DNA of 60,269 nt from an uncultured Bacteroidales bacterium (GCA_964488495.1 CAZAUQ010000007.1:1-60269); one strand, 5' to 3'. Numbered from the stretch's first letter, positions 1-10,108 are shown. Notes: a model not told the origin generated them from the sequence alone. Program-made: numbers and translations.

Positions 1-3000
1 TTATCCCTGTCTGCCCATATTACCGGCAAATCGTCCGGACAATTTAGATCGAAAAGTATGCGATGCTGGTGAGCCAATTCGGCGAAATTTTCCATAATAT
101 GCGATAAAATTTCTTTTACATCCAATGGCTCGATCAATAAAGTCATTTTGTTATGCTGAAGTTTACGAAAATCCAGTATCTGATTTACCAGATTCAGTAA
201 TCTGCGTACATTTTTTTGGACTACTTCCAAATAATAGCGCGATTGTTCAGATAACTGTTTATCTTCCAAAACTTCTGCCACCGGGCCATCAATCAGTGTG
301 AGCGGTGTACGGAGTTCGTGGCTTATGTCTGTAAAAAAACGAAGTTTGGTATTGGTGCTTTCTTGTTCAAGAGCCAGGCGGTGGCGCAACCGGTAAATAT
401 GCAGAAAGTAATAAACAACCAGTGTGATAAAAAGTAAGACGGCCGAAATCAGGATAAGACGGCCCGGCAGCGTCTCTTGAAAGTGTGGTTTAATGTAAAT
501 AAGCATGGTTTGCTCATTATCAGTCCAAATACCATCGGCGTTAGTCGATTTAACGTGAAACAAATTGTTGCCGGGCGGTAAATTGATGTAGGTAACAGTA
601 TTCTCTGTTGTGATATTCCAATCTTTGTCCACTCCGTCCAACATATAGGCGTATTTTAGATGTAGTTTGTCGTGATAATCCAAGGCAGCAAAACGTATAC
701 TAGCCGCTCTGGCCTGATGCCTCGATTTAAGATCCTGCGACTTGCTGCTGACAATCAAAGGAGGGGTATAAATATCTTTAAGAACCTTCGAAGAATGTAT
801 AGTAACAATACCGTTCATGGTTCCAAAAACCAGGGTGTCGCCCTTTATTGTGGGATGGCCTTCGGAAAATACTACCTCTGAAGGAAAAGAGGTCCTGTCG
901 TAAATGGTAATAATTCCCGAATCTTGCAGGCCCGGGCTGTTTGAGTTCAGGTTGCCTTGCAGACGGGAAAGCGCCCGTCCGCTGGTTATCCACAAGTCGT
1001 TTTGAGAATCTTCGATAATTGAGTAGGCGACATCACTGGCCAGGCCGTCTTCTTTGCTTATTGATTCAAAACGAATGTTGTCGGAGAGCAACTCTTCGGT
1101 TTGGGAGAGAATACGACAAATGCCTCCACTGCTGGTGGTTAAATAAATAATGCTGTCTTTTGTGACTAAAATGCTCATAACATCGTTGTCGGGCAGGCTG
1201 TTGATATCCAGAGAACGTTTTGTGTTGTGAAACATGTGTATGTTTTCCGGATGGTCAAATTGATTATTAAATGAAAATAATCCGTTTCTGGCTCCTATCA
1301 GCACCAAGCCTGGTCTGATTTCGCAAATGAAACGGATAGTTTCGGGCAATTCACTGTTGTAGCCCAAATGGTTGTTTTGGTGATGGAAAGTGCCTTGGTT
1401 GAACAGATTAATTCCTCCTCCGAAAGTGCCTATCCACAAATGTCCCTGACTGTCTTCCACAATGCTGTAAATGTCGTTGTGACTCAGGCTTTTGGGGTCG
1501 TTGGTGTCGTGTTGGTAGCGACTAAGCTTGTAATTGTCTGAGTTATCAATAAATTCCAGGCAGTACAAACCGCCCGGTTTGCTGCCTATCCAGATGCGTT
1601 GATTTGAATCTTCGTAAAGGCAATATGCTGTACCTTCTATTTGTATATCATGCACTAATATATTGTCCTGAAAACATAGCACTCTGTTCTCTCTTAGTCC
1701 GAACCAGTAGCGAGATTTGGAATCTTTGAGCATGGAGCGCACTTCTTCTCCGGGAAAAGCGTTGATTACTTCGAAAGGCTGGTTGTGCAAAGTGAGCATA
1801 TCTATGTGCCTGTTCGTCCGGTACCACAGATTGCCTTGTTGGTCTATGGCGACTCCTTGCATATTGGTTATCATCCCTTCCGGGCTGATGGGTCTTTCAA
1901 ATCGTCCGGAACTTTCATTATAATACAAAATGTCGTTCGTGTCAAAGAAAAACACCCATATAAGTCCGCTTTTGTCTTCGTAAAAATTCACGCGGGGATC
2001 CGAAAAGTAATGATCAGCCGGGAGCTCTATTTCTTGGCTTTCAGCTGTTACACCGAAATTATCTTTAGTGTTTATTTTAACTATATCTTTCTCGGTAGTA
2101 AGACCCCATACGCAGCCCCGGCTGTCAACAAAAAATGTCTGCAGTATTTCTTTACTAAGACATCTCGCCTGTTTGTCAGCGATCGAGCTCAGATAGAAAC
2201 CGGCTCCGGTAGCTGTATAAATAATAGTATCTTTGAAATGTTGTTTATAGACATAACCGTTTACAGGGACGAAATCCATATAAGTTATTTTATCGCTTTT
2301 ATAGGAATATATCCCCATTTGTTTGCCGTCGGCAGAGGTAAGCCACAATCCATCCTCGCTTTGGGCAGGAAAACGAAAGGGTATTTTGGAAAATGCTTGA
2401 TCAATACCGTAGCGATAAGTGCCGGTTGACGTGAGAATCCATTCAAAACCCGCTTTATCCAAAAAAACCAGGAAAATATCCTTCAGCCCCGAAGTTTTTA
2501 GTTGTATCTCCTGACAGGTATTATAGGGATCTGAATCTTTGATTCGAAAACATTCTCCCTCTTCGCTGATCATATAGCTTACTCCATTGTCCAGGGGAAA
2601 GATATTCTGAATGTTTACCGTTCTATAGTGTTTTTGCTCAAAAACTGTCTGAAGATTGGTGAATTCTTCTTTTTCAACATCGAATAAAAAAATTTGGTTG
2701 CCCGCTTCGCACCACAAATTGCCGCTGCTGTTTTCCCACAAATAATTGATGCGATTGGTATTCAGTAGTGATTTTTCGCCGGGGCGTGACTTGTATTTGG
2801 TCCATTGATAACCGTCGAATTTGTTGAGTCCGTTGAAAGAGCTTACCCAAATCAGTCCACGATGGTCTTGCAATAAATAGGTGATGCTGCCTTGCAGAAA
2901 TTCATCCTCGCTGCTGTAGCGGTTGTAGGTTATAAAAGGTTTTACTGTTGAATTGGCCAATAAAGAAAACTCTGCCGGAGCAAAATTTAAGAAAGCAATT

Positions 3001-3044
3001 ATAAATACAATCAGTAATTTCTGCAAAGTGCTTATTGCTTTCAT
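1..3044 (-). CDS. hybrid two-component sensor histidine kinase (HTCS-like, beta-propeller periplasmic sensor); C-terminal part runs off the left edge
   Basis: Absent from the ORF track because no stop lies inside the window. ATG at 3044-3042 gives MKAISTLQKLLIVF (signal/TM-like). The same frame, checked by hand, gives NDIYSIVEDSQGH near 1442-1478 (propeller-repeat-like) and FFTDISHELRTPL at about 301-338 (HisKA H-box). Confidence 0.85.
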   Translation of the reverse strand, partial: MKAISTLQKLLIVFIIAFLNFAPAEFSLLANSTVKPFITYNRYSSEDEFLQGSITYLLQDHRGLIWVSSFNGLNKFDGYQWTKYKSRPGEKSLLNTNRINYLWENSSGNLWCEAGNQIFLFDVEKEEFTNLQTVFEQKHYRTVNIQNIFPLDNGVSYMISEEGECFRIKDSDPYNTCQEIQLKTSGLKDIFLVFLDKAGFEWILTSTGTYRYGIDQAFSKIPFRFPAQSEDGLWLTSADGKQMGIYSYKSDKITYMDFVPVNGYVYKQHFKDTIIYTATGAGFYLSSIADKQARCLSKEILQTFFVDSRGCVWGLTTEKDIVKINTKDNFGVTAESQEIELPADHYFSDPRVNFYEDKSGLIWVFFFDTNDILYYNESSGRFERPISPEGMITNMQGVAIDQQGNLWYRTNRHIDMLTLHNQPFEVINAFPGEEVRSMLKDSKSRYWFGLRENRVLCFQDNILVHDIQIEGTAYCLYEDSNQRIWIGSKPGGLYCLEFIDNSDNYKLSRYQHDTNDPKSLSHNDIYSIVEDSQGHLWIGTFGGGINLFNQGTFHHQNNHLGYNSELPETIRFICEIRPGLVLIGARNGLFSFNNQFDHPENIHMFHNTKRSLDINSLPDNDVMSILVTKDSIIYLTTSSGGICRILSQTEELLSDNIRFESISKEDGLASDVAYSIIEDSQNDLWITSGRALSRLQGNLNSNSPGLQDSGIITIYDRTSFPSEVVFSEGHPTIKGDTLVFGTMNGIVTIHSSKVLKDIYTPPLIVSSKSQDLKSRHQARAASIRFAALDYHDKLHLKYAYMLDGVDKDWNITTENTVTYINLPPGNNLFHVKSTNADGIWTDNEQTMLIYIKPHFQETLPGRLILISAVLLFITLVVYYFLHIYRLRHRLALEQESTNTKLRFFTDISHELRTPLTLIDGPVAEVLEDKQLSEQSRYYLEVVQKNVRRLLNLVNQILDFRKLQHNKMTLLIEPLDVKEILSHIMENFAELAHQHRILFDLNCPDDLPVIWADRD

Positions 3045-3155
3045 GGAATTTATTTTTTTGGCAAAAGCCGGTATGGTATTCGAAGACTGGCCCCTTATTC
3101 AGATGCTCTTCAGGTGTTGAAGGGGGTACGATGTAAAGGTCTGTGGATTGTCAAT

Positions 3156-3189
3156 AAAAAAAGGAAGAAAAGCAAAACGTTTTTCCTCC
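3156..3189 (-). terminator. intrinsic terminator downstream of the small membrane protein gene
   Basis: 11-bp stem 3163-3173 / 3179-3189 (one mismatch, one G-T) with loop 3174-3178. It is followed on the minus strand by a 7-nt T run (A run 3156-3162 on +). Confidence 0.5.
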
Positions 3190-3212
3190 TCAAGGTATAA
3201 TCAGTGTCTAGC

Positions 3213-3395
3213 TTATTCTACTTTCTTGTTGACGTAGATCTGTGTAAGCATTCCAATCAAGAACAGGCCTGCAGCCACCAGAAGCCAGGTATTGCTGAGA
3301 TTTCCTGTAAATTGAGTAGCGGCAAGCACAGCCGTGCCTCCGAGAACAATAATAATGCCGAGGTTTTTGAGCAAAAGGGTGAAAAACTTTTTCAT
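3213..3395 (-). CDS. small hydrophobic (two-TM-like) protein, 60 aa, unknown function
   Basis: ATG start; sequence MKKFFTLLLKNLGIIIVLGG...LLVAAGLFLIGML is two hydrophobic helices. A TAacTTTG -7 box lies on the minus strand at 3437-3444 and a terminator lies downstream. Confidence 0.55.
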   Translation of the reverse strand: MKKFFTLLLKNLGIIIVLGGTAVLAATQFTGNLSNTWLLVAAGLFLIGMLTQIYVNKKVE

Positions 3396-3509
3396 CGTAT
3401 TTTAATTGAATGAGTTGTTTTTGCTACTAAAGTTTGCAAAGTTACACTTTTTATTCAAATATCGATAAAACTTGGCCTTTTTTACAAGCAGATTTTTTTT
3501 AAATCATAT

Positions 3510-3540
3510 TTTGTCAGAAAAAATAATCTTACTACCTTTG
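3510..3540 (+). promoter_or_regulatory. Bacteroidota sigma-A type promoter for the rpsF operon
   Basis: TTTG at 3510-3513, a 19-nt spacer, then TAccTTTG at 3533-3540, about 80 nt upstream of the rpsF ATG. Confidence 0.55.
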
Positions 3541-3618
3541 CGCCGCTCTTTTTGTGAAAAACCTATCCAGTGTTTTATTAGCAAATGAGTTAGTATAAAA
3601 ACATTTATAAATTTTCTT

Positions 3619-3963
3619 ATGAACAATTACGAAACCGTTTTCATTTTAACTCCCGTTTTGTCTGAGCCTCAGATGAAGGAAGCGGTAGAAAAATTCAAAA
3701 ACCTTCTCGTTGCAGAAGGTGCTGAGATTGTGCATGAAGAAAACTGGGGGCTGCGCAAACTGGAATATCCTATCCAGAAAAAGTCCACCGGTTTTTATCA
3801 GCTGCTCGAGTTTAAGGCCAATCCGGAAATTGTTGCCAAACTGGAAGTCAATTTCCGTCGTGACGAATCAGTACTTCGTTTTCTGGTGTTGAAGCAAGAT
3901 AAATTCTTTGCTCAATACGCCGAGAAAAGAAGAAGTTTGAAACAAGCTAAAAAGGAGAATTAA
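3619..3963 (+). CDS. rpsF: 30S ribosomal protein S6
   Basis: [12 protein letters not shown]...[13 protein letters not shown] is the conserved S6 N-terminus. It sits in the S6-S18-L9 gene order. Confidence 0.97.
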   Translation: MNNYETVFILTPVLSEPQMKEAVEKFKNLLVAEGAEIVHEENWGLRKLEYPIQKKSTGFYQLLEFKANPEIVAKLEVNFRRDESVLRFLVLKQDKFFAQYAEKRRSLKQAKKEN

Positions 3964-3966
3964 ATC

Positions 3967-4236
3967 ATGGCACAGAATAGCTCAGAAATCCGTTATCTGG
4001 TTCCTCCCACGGTGGACACCAAGAAAAAGAAATATTGCCGTTTCAAAAAGAGCGGTATTAAGTTTATTGACTACAAGGACCCCGAATTCCTTAAAAAGTT
4101 TCTCAACGAACAGGGAAAGATCTTACCCCGCCGCCTGACAGGAACTTCGCTGAAATTTCAGCGCAAAGTAGCCCAGGCTGTAAAACGTGCACGCCACCTG
4201 GCACTCTTGCCTTACGTAACCGATTTGATGAAGTAA
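3967..4236 (+). CDS. rpsR: 30S ribosomal protein S18
   Basis: KKKYCRF...IDYKD...[18 protein letters not shown]...[19 protein letters not shown] are S18 signatures. AGGAG lies 9 nt upstream of the ATG. Confidence 0.97.
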   Translation: MAQNSSEIRYLVPPTVDTKKKKYCRFKKSGIKFIDYKDPEFLKKFLNEQGKILPRRLTGTSLKFQRKVAQAVKRARHLALLPYVTDLMK

Positions 4237-4250
4237 AAGGAGGAATAAAC

Positions 4251-4694
4251 ATGGAAGTTATTTTAAAAGAAGACGTAATCAATCTCGGCTACAAGGACGA
4301 TATTGTAAAGGTAAAAGACGGCTACGGCCGCAATTACCTCATTCCAAAAGGTATGGCCGTTATGGCAACGGAATCCGCCAAAAAAATGCTGGCCGAAGAC
4401 CTTAGGCAACGTGCCCACAAGTTGGAAAAAATGAAAAAGGATGCCCAGGATATGGTTTCAAAATTTGAAGGCATACATCTGAGTATAGGAGCCAAAGTGA
4501 GCAGTACAGGCAAAATATTTGGTTCAGTGGGACCGATACAGATAGCCGAGGCGCTCGAAAAACAAGGCCTGGACATAGACCGCAAGAGTATTTTGCTCAA
4601 GGATGCAGTTAAGGAAGTTGGAGAATACAAAGCAACCATCAAGCTCCACCGCGAAGTTCAGGTGGAAATCAGCTTTGAGGTAGTCGCTGAATAA
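4251..4694 (+). CDS. rplI: 50S ribosomal protein L9
   Basis: MEVILKEDVINLGYKDDIVKVKDGYGRNYLIPKG is the L9 N-domain. AAGGAGG lies 7 nt upstream of the ATG. Confidence 0.97.
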   Translation: MEVILKEDVINLGYKDDIVKVKDGYGRNYLIPKGMAVMATESAKKMLAEDLRQRAHKLEKMKKDAQDMVSKFEGIHLSIGAKVSSTGKIFGSVGPIQIAEALEKQGLDIDRKSILLKDAVKEVGEYKATIKLHREVQVEISFEVVAE

Positions 4695-4715
4695 TTCTAC
4701 AGAATACAAAGACAG

Positions 4716-4753
4716 GAGGGCGTCTCAAGTTATTGGGACACCCTCTTTTTGTT
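4716..4753 (+). terminator. intrinsic terminator after rplI
   Basis: Stem GAGGGCGTC 4716-4724 pairs with GACACCCTC 4737-4745 (one mismatch), followed by TTTTTGTTT. Confidence 0.6.
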
Positions 4754-4763
4754 TAGTCGTCTC

Positions 4764-6080
4764 ATGAACCGCAAAGTCGCCACACAGCCCCCCACTTACT
4801 TGTTTTATACCCTGGGATGCAAATTGAATTTTGCTGAAAGTGCGAGTCTCGGTATACAAATGCAACAAGCAGGATATCTGCCGGTTAAAGCCGGTCAGGA
4901 GCCTGATGTCTGTGTTATTAATACCTGTACGGTAACCCAGACGGCCGAGCAAAAATGCCGTCAGAATATTCACCGGCTCATTCGCAAACATCCGGAAGCC
5001 TTTGTTGTGGTGACCGGTTGCTATGCCCAACTAAGAGCAACCGAGCTAGCTGCCATTCCCGGTGTGGATCTTGTGCTGGGATCAGATCAAAAGATGGATA
5101 TTCTGCAACATTTACAGAGCAGAAAACTCGAAAAGTCCGAAGTTTTTTCCGGGCCCAATACCGAAATTCATCGTTTTTTCCCGGCTTGTGCCCGGGGCGA
5201 TCGTACTCGTTATTTTCTGAAAGTGCAGGACGGTTGTGATTATTTTTGTACCTATTGCACCATTCCTTTTGCCAGAGGCCGCAGCCGCAACCTCAGTATC
5301 GAAGATGTAGTTTTGCAGGCTCGTGAAGTAGTTGCCGAAGGCGGACGTGAAATTGTTTTGACAGGCGTAAACATAGGAGATTTCGGTAAAAGCAGCGATG
5401 AAAAACTGATTGATTTACTGCGGGCTCTTGATCGGGTCGAGGGCATTGAGCGTTATCGGATTTCTTCGCTGGAACCCGATTTGCTCAGCGATGAGATCAT
5501 AGAGTTTGTGGCTGCTTCCGATCGCTTTGTGCCCCATTTCCATTTACCTCTGCAAGCAGGCAGCAACGAGATGCTTCGCCTGATGCACCGGCGCTATACC
5601 AGGGAATACTTTAGTTCCAGAGTGGCAAAAATTCGCCAAAGTCTGCCCGGGGCTTTTATCGGTGTTGATGTGATTGTGGGCATGAGAGGTGAAACACAGG
5701 AACGTTTCGACGAGACCAGATACTTTCTCGAAGACCTGGACTTCAGTCAGCTTCATGTGTTCAGTTATTCCGAAAGGCCCGGAACACAAGCTTTAAAGAT
5801 ACAACCGATAGTGAGCAGTGCTGAGCAAAAAAATCGCAGCGAGATCCTGCATCGTTTATCTGAAGAAAAAAGGCTGCAATTTTATTCCGCCCGCCGGGGA
5901 GAGCAGGCCGTCGTGTTGTTTGAAAAAGGGGAAAAAAACAATCTCATCCATGGTTTTTCAGAAAACTATGTGCGGGTGGAAGCCCCTTGGCGCAGCGATT
6001 GGGAAAATCGCAGCATCCGTCTGATCCTGGGTGATTTTAACTCAGATCAATCGGCATTGCAGGCTATATTTCTTCCCTGA
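4764..6080 (+). CDS. mtaB: tRNA (N6-threonylcarbamoyladenosine) methylthiotransferase, MiaB/MtaB-type radical SAM enzyme
   Basis: N-terminal UPF0004 domain (YTLGCKLN, NTCTVT) and radical SAM CDYFCTYC motif. I prefer the ATG at 4764 because the track start at 4749 lies inside the T run of the rplI terminator. Confidence 0.82.
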   Translation: MNRKVATQPPTYLFYTLGCKLNFAESASLGIQMQQAGYLPVKAGQEPDVCVINTCTVTQTAEQKCRQNIHRLIRKHPEAFVVVTGCYAQLRATELAAIPGVDLVLGSDQKMDILQHLQSRKLEKSEVFSGPNTEIHRFFPACARGDRTRYFLKVQDGCDYFCTYCTIPFARGRSRNLSIEDVVLQAREVVAEGGREIVLTGVNIGDFGKSSDEKLIDLLRALDRVEGIERYRISSLEPDLLSDEIIEFVAASDRFVPHFHLPLQAGSNEMLRLMHRRYTREYFSSRVAKIRQSLPGAFIGVDVIVGMRGETQERFDETRYFLEDLDFSQLHVFSYSERPGTQALKIQPIVSSAEQKNRSEILHRLSEEKRLQFYSARRGEQAVVLFEKGEKNNLIHGFSENYVRVEAPWRSDWENRSIRLILGDFNSDQSALQAIFLP

Positions 6081-6097
6081 ATCTTAAAAAAATCCAC

Positions 6098-6105
6098 TAC
6101 CTTTG
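6098..6105 (+). promoter_or_regulatory. -7 promoter box TAccTTTG upstream of the acyltransferase/GT2 pair
   Basis: Exact TAnnTTTG match 20 nt upstream of the ATG at 6125. Confidence 0.45.
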
Positions 6106-6124
6106 TGTTTAAAAATTACCAGGT

Positions 6125-7039
6125 ATGGGCTATCTGCTCTTATACGGATTTTGTCGCCTGCTGGCCTTCCTGCCGCTTAGTCTGCTCTATGTCGTTTCGG
6201 ATGTGCTGCTGTATCCCCTGGTTTATTACCTGGCCGGCTACCGAAAAAAAGTAGTCCGTTCCAATCTGGCTGCCAGTTTCCCTGATAAAAGCACCAGTGA
6301 ATTACGCAGGACCGAAAAAGACTTTTTCAGGTATTTTTGTTCCGTTGTAGTAGAAACCATTTATCTGGCAGGGATTTCTCCCGAAGAGGCCAAAAAACGC
6401 ACTTCTTTTATCAATACCGGATTACTCGAAAAATACCAAAACCGGGGACAGTCTGTATTGGTTTATCTGGGCCATTACGGCAATTGGGAATTTCAGACAT
6501 TTCTAAAGCTTCATTATCCGGGCATTCACCTGATCAATGTATACAGGCCTTTGACCAACAAGACTTTCGATCGTCTGATGTTTAAACTCAGAAACCGTTT
6601 CGGCGCTGAACTCTTAGAAAAGCAGGCTGTTTTACGAAAAATAGTCTTTCTCAGACAACAAGCACAGGCTGGCGTTTTTGGCATGATAGCCGATCAAAGT
6701 CCTTCGAAAACCAATTTGCACTACTGGACTCATTTTTTGAATCAGGACACCTCCGTGTTAACAGGAGTGGAACGCCTGGCCAAAAGCAGTGGCGCCGCGG
6801 TGGTTTATGCCGACGTCAGAGTGGTAAAACGGGGTTATTACAGCACAGAATTCAAGCTCATAACAGACAATCCCAGGGAGACAGCCGACAACGAAATTAC
6901 AGAACAATACAGCCGCCTGATGGAGCAAAGCATTTTGCGCAATCCCGCCTGTTGGTTATGGACTCACATGCGCTGGAAGCACAAACGGAATCAGCCTGAA
7001 AATCAACCTAAATCATCCAATACGAAACCAAAACAATGA
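6125..7039 (+). CDS. lipid A late acyltransferase family protein (LpxL/HtrB-like lysophospholipid acyltransferase)
   Basis: N-terminal TM segment and GHYGNWE motif typical of HtrB/LpxL; length 304 aa. Its stop overlaps the next start (ATGA at 7036-7039). Confidence 0.75.
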   Translation: MGYLLLYGFCRLLAFLPLSLLYVVSDVLLYPLVYYLAGYRKKVVRSNLAASFPDKSTSELRRTEKDFFRYFCSVVVETIYLAGISPEEAKKRTSFINTGLLEKYQNRGQSVLVYLGHYGNWEFQTFLKLHYPGIHLINVYRPLTNKTFDRLMFKLRNRFGAELLEKQAVLRKIVFLRQQAQAGVFGMIADQSPSKTNLHYWTHFLNQDTSVLTGVERLAKSSGAAVVYADVRVVKRGYYSTEFKLITDNPRETADNEITEQYSRLMEQSILRNPACWLWTHMRWKHKRNQPENQPKSSNTKPKQ

Positions 7040-8067
7040 CCAAGGTAAAAATCAAAACATCTGTAGTCATTCTTAATTGGAACGGCAAAACCCTGATGGA
7101 GCAGTACCTGCCGGTATTGATCGAAAACACCCCTTATCCCGATGTGTCTTTGATTGTGGCAGATAACGCCTCGACAGATGCTTCTGTAGAATGGCTAAAA
7201 AGAACTTATCCAGAAATTCAGCTCCTTTGTTTAGACCGGAATTACGGTTTTGCAGAGGGTTACAACCGAGCTCTGGCAGCTTTGGAGACCGAATACCTGG
7301 TGTTGCTTAATTCCGATGTAAAGGTTACCCCGAACTGGTTACCTCCGTTGATAAATTACCTGGATCAACATCCCGATACAGCGGCCTGTCAGCCAAAAAT
7401 TTTAGACCTGAAACAGCCGGATTATTTCGAACATGCCGGAGCCTGCGGTGGATTTATAGACAGTCTGGGATATCCCTTTTGCAGAGGGCGTATCCAGGAT
7501 CATCTGGAACCCGACCAGGGGCAATACGACAAGCTCTGCGATGTATTCTGGACCGGAGGTGCCTGCCTGTGCATACGGCGTGAAGATTATTTTGCTGCCG
7601 GAGGCCTGGACGGACGTTTTTTTGCCCACATGGAAGAAATAGATCTCTGTTGGCGTCTGCACAACAGAGGCCGTCGTCTTGTCTGCCTGCCCCAGAGTGT
7701 CATTTATCATCTGGGAGGTGGTACTCTGAACAAGGATAATGAACACAAAACCTTTCTAAATTTTCGCAACAATTTGTTGATGCTCTACAAAAACCTTCCT
7801 CAGGGCCGTTTGTGCGGGGTTATGACCTTGCGTCTGGTGCTGGACTATCTGGCTGCTCTGAGCTTTCTGCTCAAAGGCTGCCCAAAAAGTGCATTGGCGG
7901 TGTTTCGCGGACGTTTGGCCTTTTGGAAGCTTCTTCCCGGTTTTAAACAAGACCGAAAAAGCCTGAGTTCAGGTGTACAAAAAAACATCCCCGAAATCTA
8001 TCGGGGATGCATAGTGTTTGATTATTTTCTGAGAGCTAAGAAGCGCTACAGTCAGTTGAAATTTTAA
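7036..8067 (+). CDS. glycosyltransferase family 2
   Basis: SVVILNWNG...ADNASTD...NYGFAEGYN...LLNSD is a GT2 (GT-A) N-domain. It appears translationally coupled to the upstream acyltransferase. Confidence 0.85.
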   Translation: MTKVKIKTSVVILNWNGKTLMEQYLPVLIENTPYPDVSLIVADNASTDASVEWLKRTYPEIQLLCLDRNYGFAEGYNRALAALETEYLVLLNSDVKVTPNWLPPLINYLDQHPDTAACQPKILDLKQPDYFEHAGACGGFIDSLGYPFCRGRIQDHLEPDQGQYDKLCDVFWTGGACLCIRREDYFAAGGLDGRFFAHMEEIDLCWRLHNRGRRLVCLPQSVIYHLGGGTLNKDNEHKTFLNFRNNLLMLYKNLPQGRLCGVMTLRLVLDYLAALSFLLKGCPKSALAVFRGRLAFWKLLPGFKQDRKSLSSGVQKNIPEIYRGCIVFDYFLRAKKRYSQLKF

Positions 8068-8120
8068 TCAGAACAATTGTGCGCTTCCACGTCGGAATTT
8101 CAACCCCGACAAGAAGTTTA

Positions 8121-9512
8121 TTAATAGCCCAGAATCTTGAGCATAGACTTGTAACTCTGTTCTTTGGCAAACAATTTGGTAGTGTAGTTGCCTTCTTCGT
8201 CCTGGTCAATTATAACCATCTTGGGTGCCGGAATCAGGCAATGTTGTATGCCTCCGTACCCCCCCAGCGATTCCTGATAGGCTCCGCAATGGAAGAAGCC
8301 GATGTATTGCTCTCTGTCCGGGAGTATTTTTGGTAAAAAAACAGCATTGGAGTGGGCTTCGGAGTTATAGAAATCTTCGCTGTCGCAGGTGAGACCTCCC
8401 AGGTGGACCCGTTGGTATTCGGAATCCCAGTTGTTGATGGCCAGCTGGATAAAACGCTGGTTGATGGCCCAGGTATCGGGCAGGGTGGTAATAAAGGAAC
8501 TATCGATCATATTCCACAACTCACGGTCGTTTTGCTGTTTCTGGTTGACAATGGAATAAAGCATTGCGCCGCTTTCCCCCACAGTGAAGGATCCGAATTC
8601 GGTAAACACATCCGGTTCTTTTACTTTATTGTGAGTACAAATAGCCTTGATCTGGGAAATAATTTCTTCGGCCATATATTCGTATTCAAAATTGAAATCC
8701 AGATGCACCTGAATGGGAAATCCTCCGCCGATATTTATGCTGTCGAGTTCAGGGCAGTATTGTTTTAGCTCGCAATAGAGTTCTACAGCCTTGGTCAATT
8801 CATTCCAGTAATAGGCGGTATCCTTAATGCCGGTGTTAATAAAGAAATGTAACATCTTTAAATGCACATGCTGGTGCTGTCTGATGTTGTTCAGATAATA
8901 AGGAATGATATCGTTGTATCGGATGCCCAGACGAGATGTGTAAAAATCGAACTTAGGTTCTTCTTCAGAAGCAATACGGATGCCAATCTTGAAATCTTTA
9001 TCAAGATTATCATTCAATAAGTCCAGTTCAAACTTGTTGTCGAGTATGGAAATAGTGTTCTCGAAGCCGTTTCTTATGAGTGATTGTATGTTTTCGATGT
9101 ATTGAGGACGTTTAAATCCGTTGCAAAGAATAAATTTGTCTTTGTTGATTTTGCCTTCTTCGAACAAGGATTCTATAATATTTATATCGAATGCCGAAGA
9201 AGTTTCTATATGAATATCTTGCTTCAGGACCTCATCCAGAATAAACGAAAAATGAGAGCTTTTTGTGCAGTAACAATAGTGGTAATCGCCCTCGTAGTCG
9301 GCTTTTGCCATAGCTACGTTGAACATTTTCTTGGCTCTTTGAATATTTTGAGTTATTTTAGGCAAGTAGAAGATTCTCAGTGGTGTACCATATTGTTTAA
9401 TCACATCCATCAAAGGGATGTCAAACCACTGCAGTTCGTCTTCAACCAAAGAAAATTCCTCATTCGGAAATTCGAACGATTGTTCAATTAAATGCCTGTA
9501 CTTGTTTTTCAT
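8121..9512 (-). CDS. type III PLP-dependent decarboxylase, arginine decarboxylase-like
   Basis: YGTPLRIFY, the CYCTKSS lysine region, GGGFP and GGLTCDSED motifs place it in the Orn/DAP/Arg decarboxylase family; the substrate is inferred only. The track start at 9530 is TTG, and the ATG at 9512 (MKNKYRH) is preferred. Confidence 0.7.
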   Translation of the reverse strand: MKNKYRHLIEQSFEFPNEEFSLVEDELQWFDIPLMDVIKQYGTPLRIFYLPKITQNIQRAKKMFNVAMAKADYEGDYHYCYCTKSSHFSFILDEVLKQDIHIETSSAFDINIIESLFEEGKINKDKFILCNGFKRPQYIENIQSLIRNGFENTISILDNKFELDLLNDNLDKDFKIGIRIASEEEPKFDFYTSRLGIRYNDIIPYYLNNIRQHQHVHLKMLHFFINTGIKDTAYYWNELTKAVELYCELKQYCPELDSINIGGGFPIQVHLDFNFEYEYMAEEIISQIKAICTHNKVKEPDVFTEFGSFTVGESGAMLYSIVNQKQQNDRELWNMIDSSFITTLPDTWAINQRFIQLAINNWDSEYQRVHLGGLTCDSEDFYNSEAHSNAVFLPKILPDREQYIGFFHCGAYQESLGGYGGIQHCLIPAPKMVIIDQDEEGNYTTKLFAKEQSYKSMLKILGY

Positions 9513-9665
9513 TACGCAATAATTGTTCAAAAAGAAAGATCCAACTAAGTTGGATTGAAATAAATTTTAAAATCCGACTAAAATAGATTCGTCGAATCTT
9601 CAGAAAAAGAGCGACAAAATTACAATAAATTGAATAAATACAATGAAAAAGAAGAAAATATTTGG

Positions 9666-10016
9666 TCAACGCTCAAGAATAATTTCTGCACTTTGCATGA
9701 TGCCCACAATAGGGGGATTGCATTTTTTAAGCCGGATTTCAATGTGCAGAATACCCGGGAAGCTGTTACGCAGTTGCAGGCAAATCTTTTCGGCAAGATG
9801 TTCTATGAGATTACAAGGGATTTGCATAACGGCGGCTACCTGTTTATAAACCTTGGCATAATTGAGCGTGTCTTCGAGTTGGTCACTTTGGCAGGCTTTT
9901 TTCATGTCCAGGCCAAGTTTAATGCTGACCACATAAGTGTTGCCCACAATGCGTTCTTGTTCGTTTACACCGTGATAGGCAAAAAACTTCATTTCGTTCA
10001 ATTGCAGGTAGTCCAT
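9666..10016 (-). CDS. folB: dihydroneopterin aldolase
   Basis: 116 aa; the FFAYHGVNEQERIVGN...DTLNYAKVY pattern is characteristic of FolB. Confidence 0.88.
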   Translation of the reverse strand: MDYLQLNEMKFFAYHGVNEQERIVGNTYVVSIKLGLDMKKACQSDQLEDTLNYAKVYKQVAAVMQIPCNLIEHLAEKICLQLRNSFPGILHIEIRLKKCNPPIVGIMQSAEIILER

Positions 10017-10108
10017 AATGAGGCTATGAATGAGAGTTGATTAATACGACAAAAATACGATTTTTTATAAATTTACTCGGTTCAACAAGCAATTTAGATA
10101 TTTAATAG

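Noticed and set aside
986-994. A perfect DnaA box TTATCCACA inside the sensor kinase gene.
   Set aside because: It is a single isolated 9-mer inside coding sequence. About one chance occurrence is expected in 60 kb on two strands, and there is no clustering.
1785-2429. A 214-aa + strand ORF, along with other small ORFs at 672..993 and 1717..1923.
   Set aside because: All lie antisense within the continuous 3-kb sensor kinase frame, whose propeller and HisKA motifs I verified.
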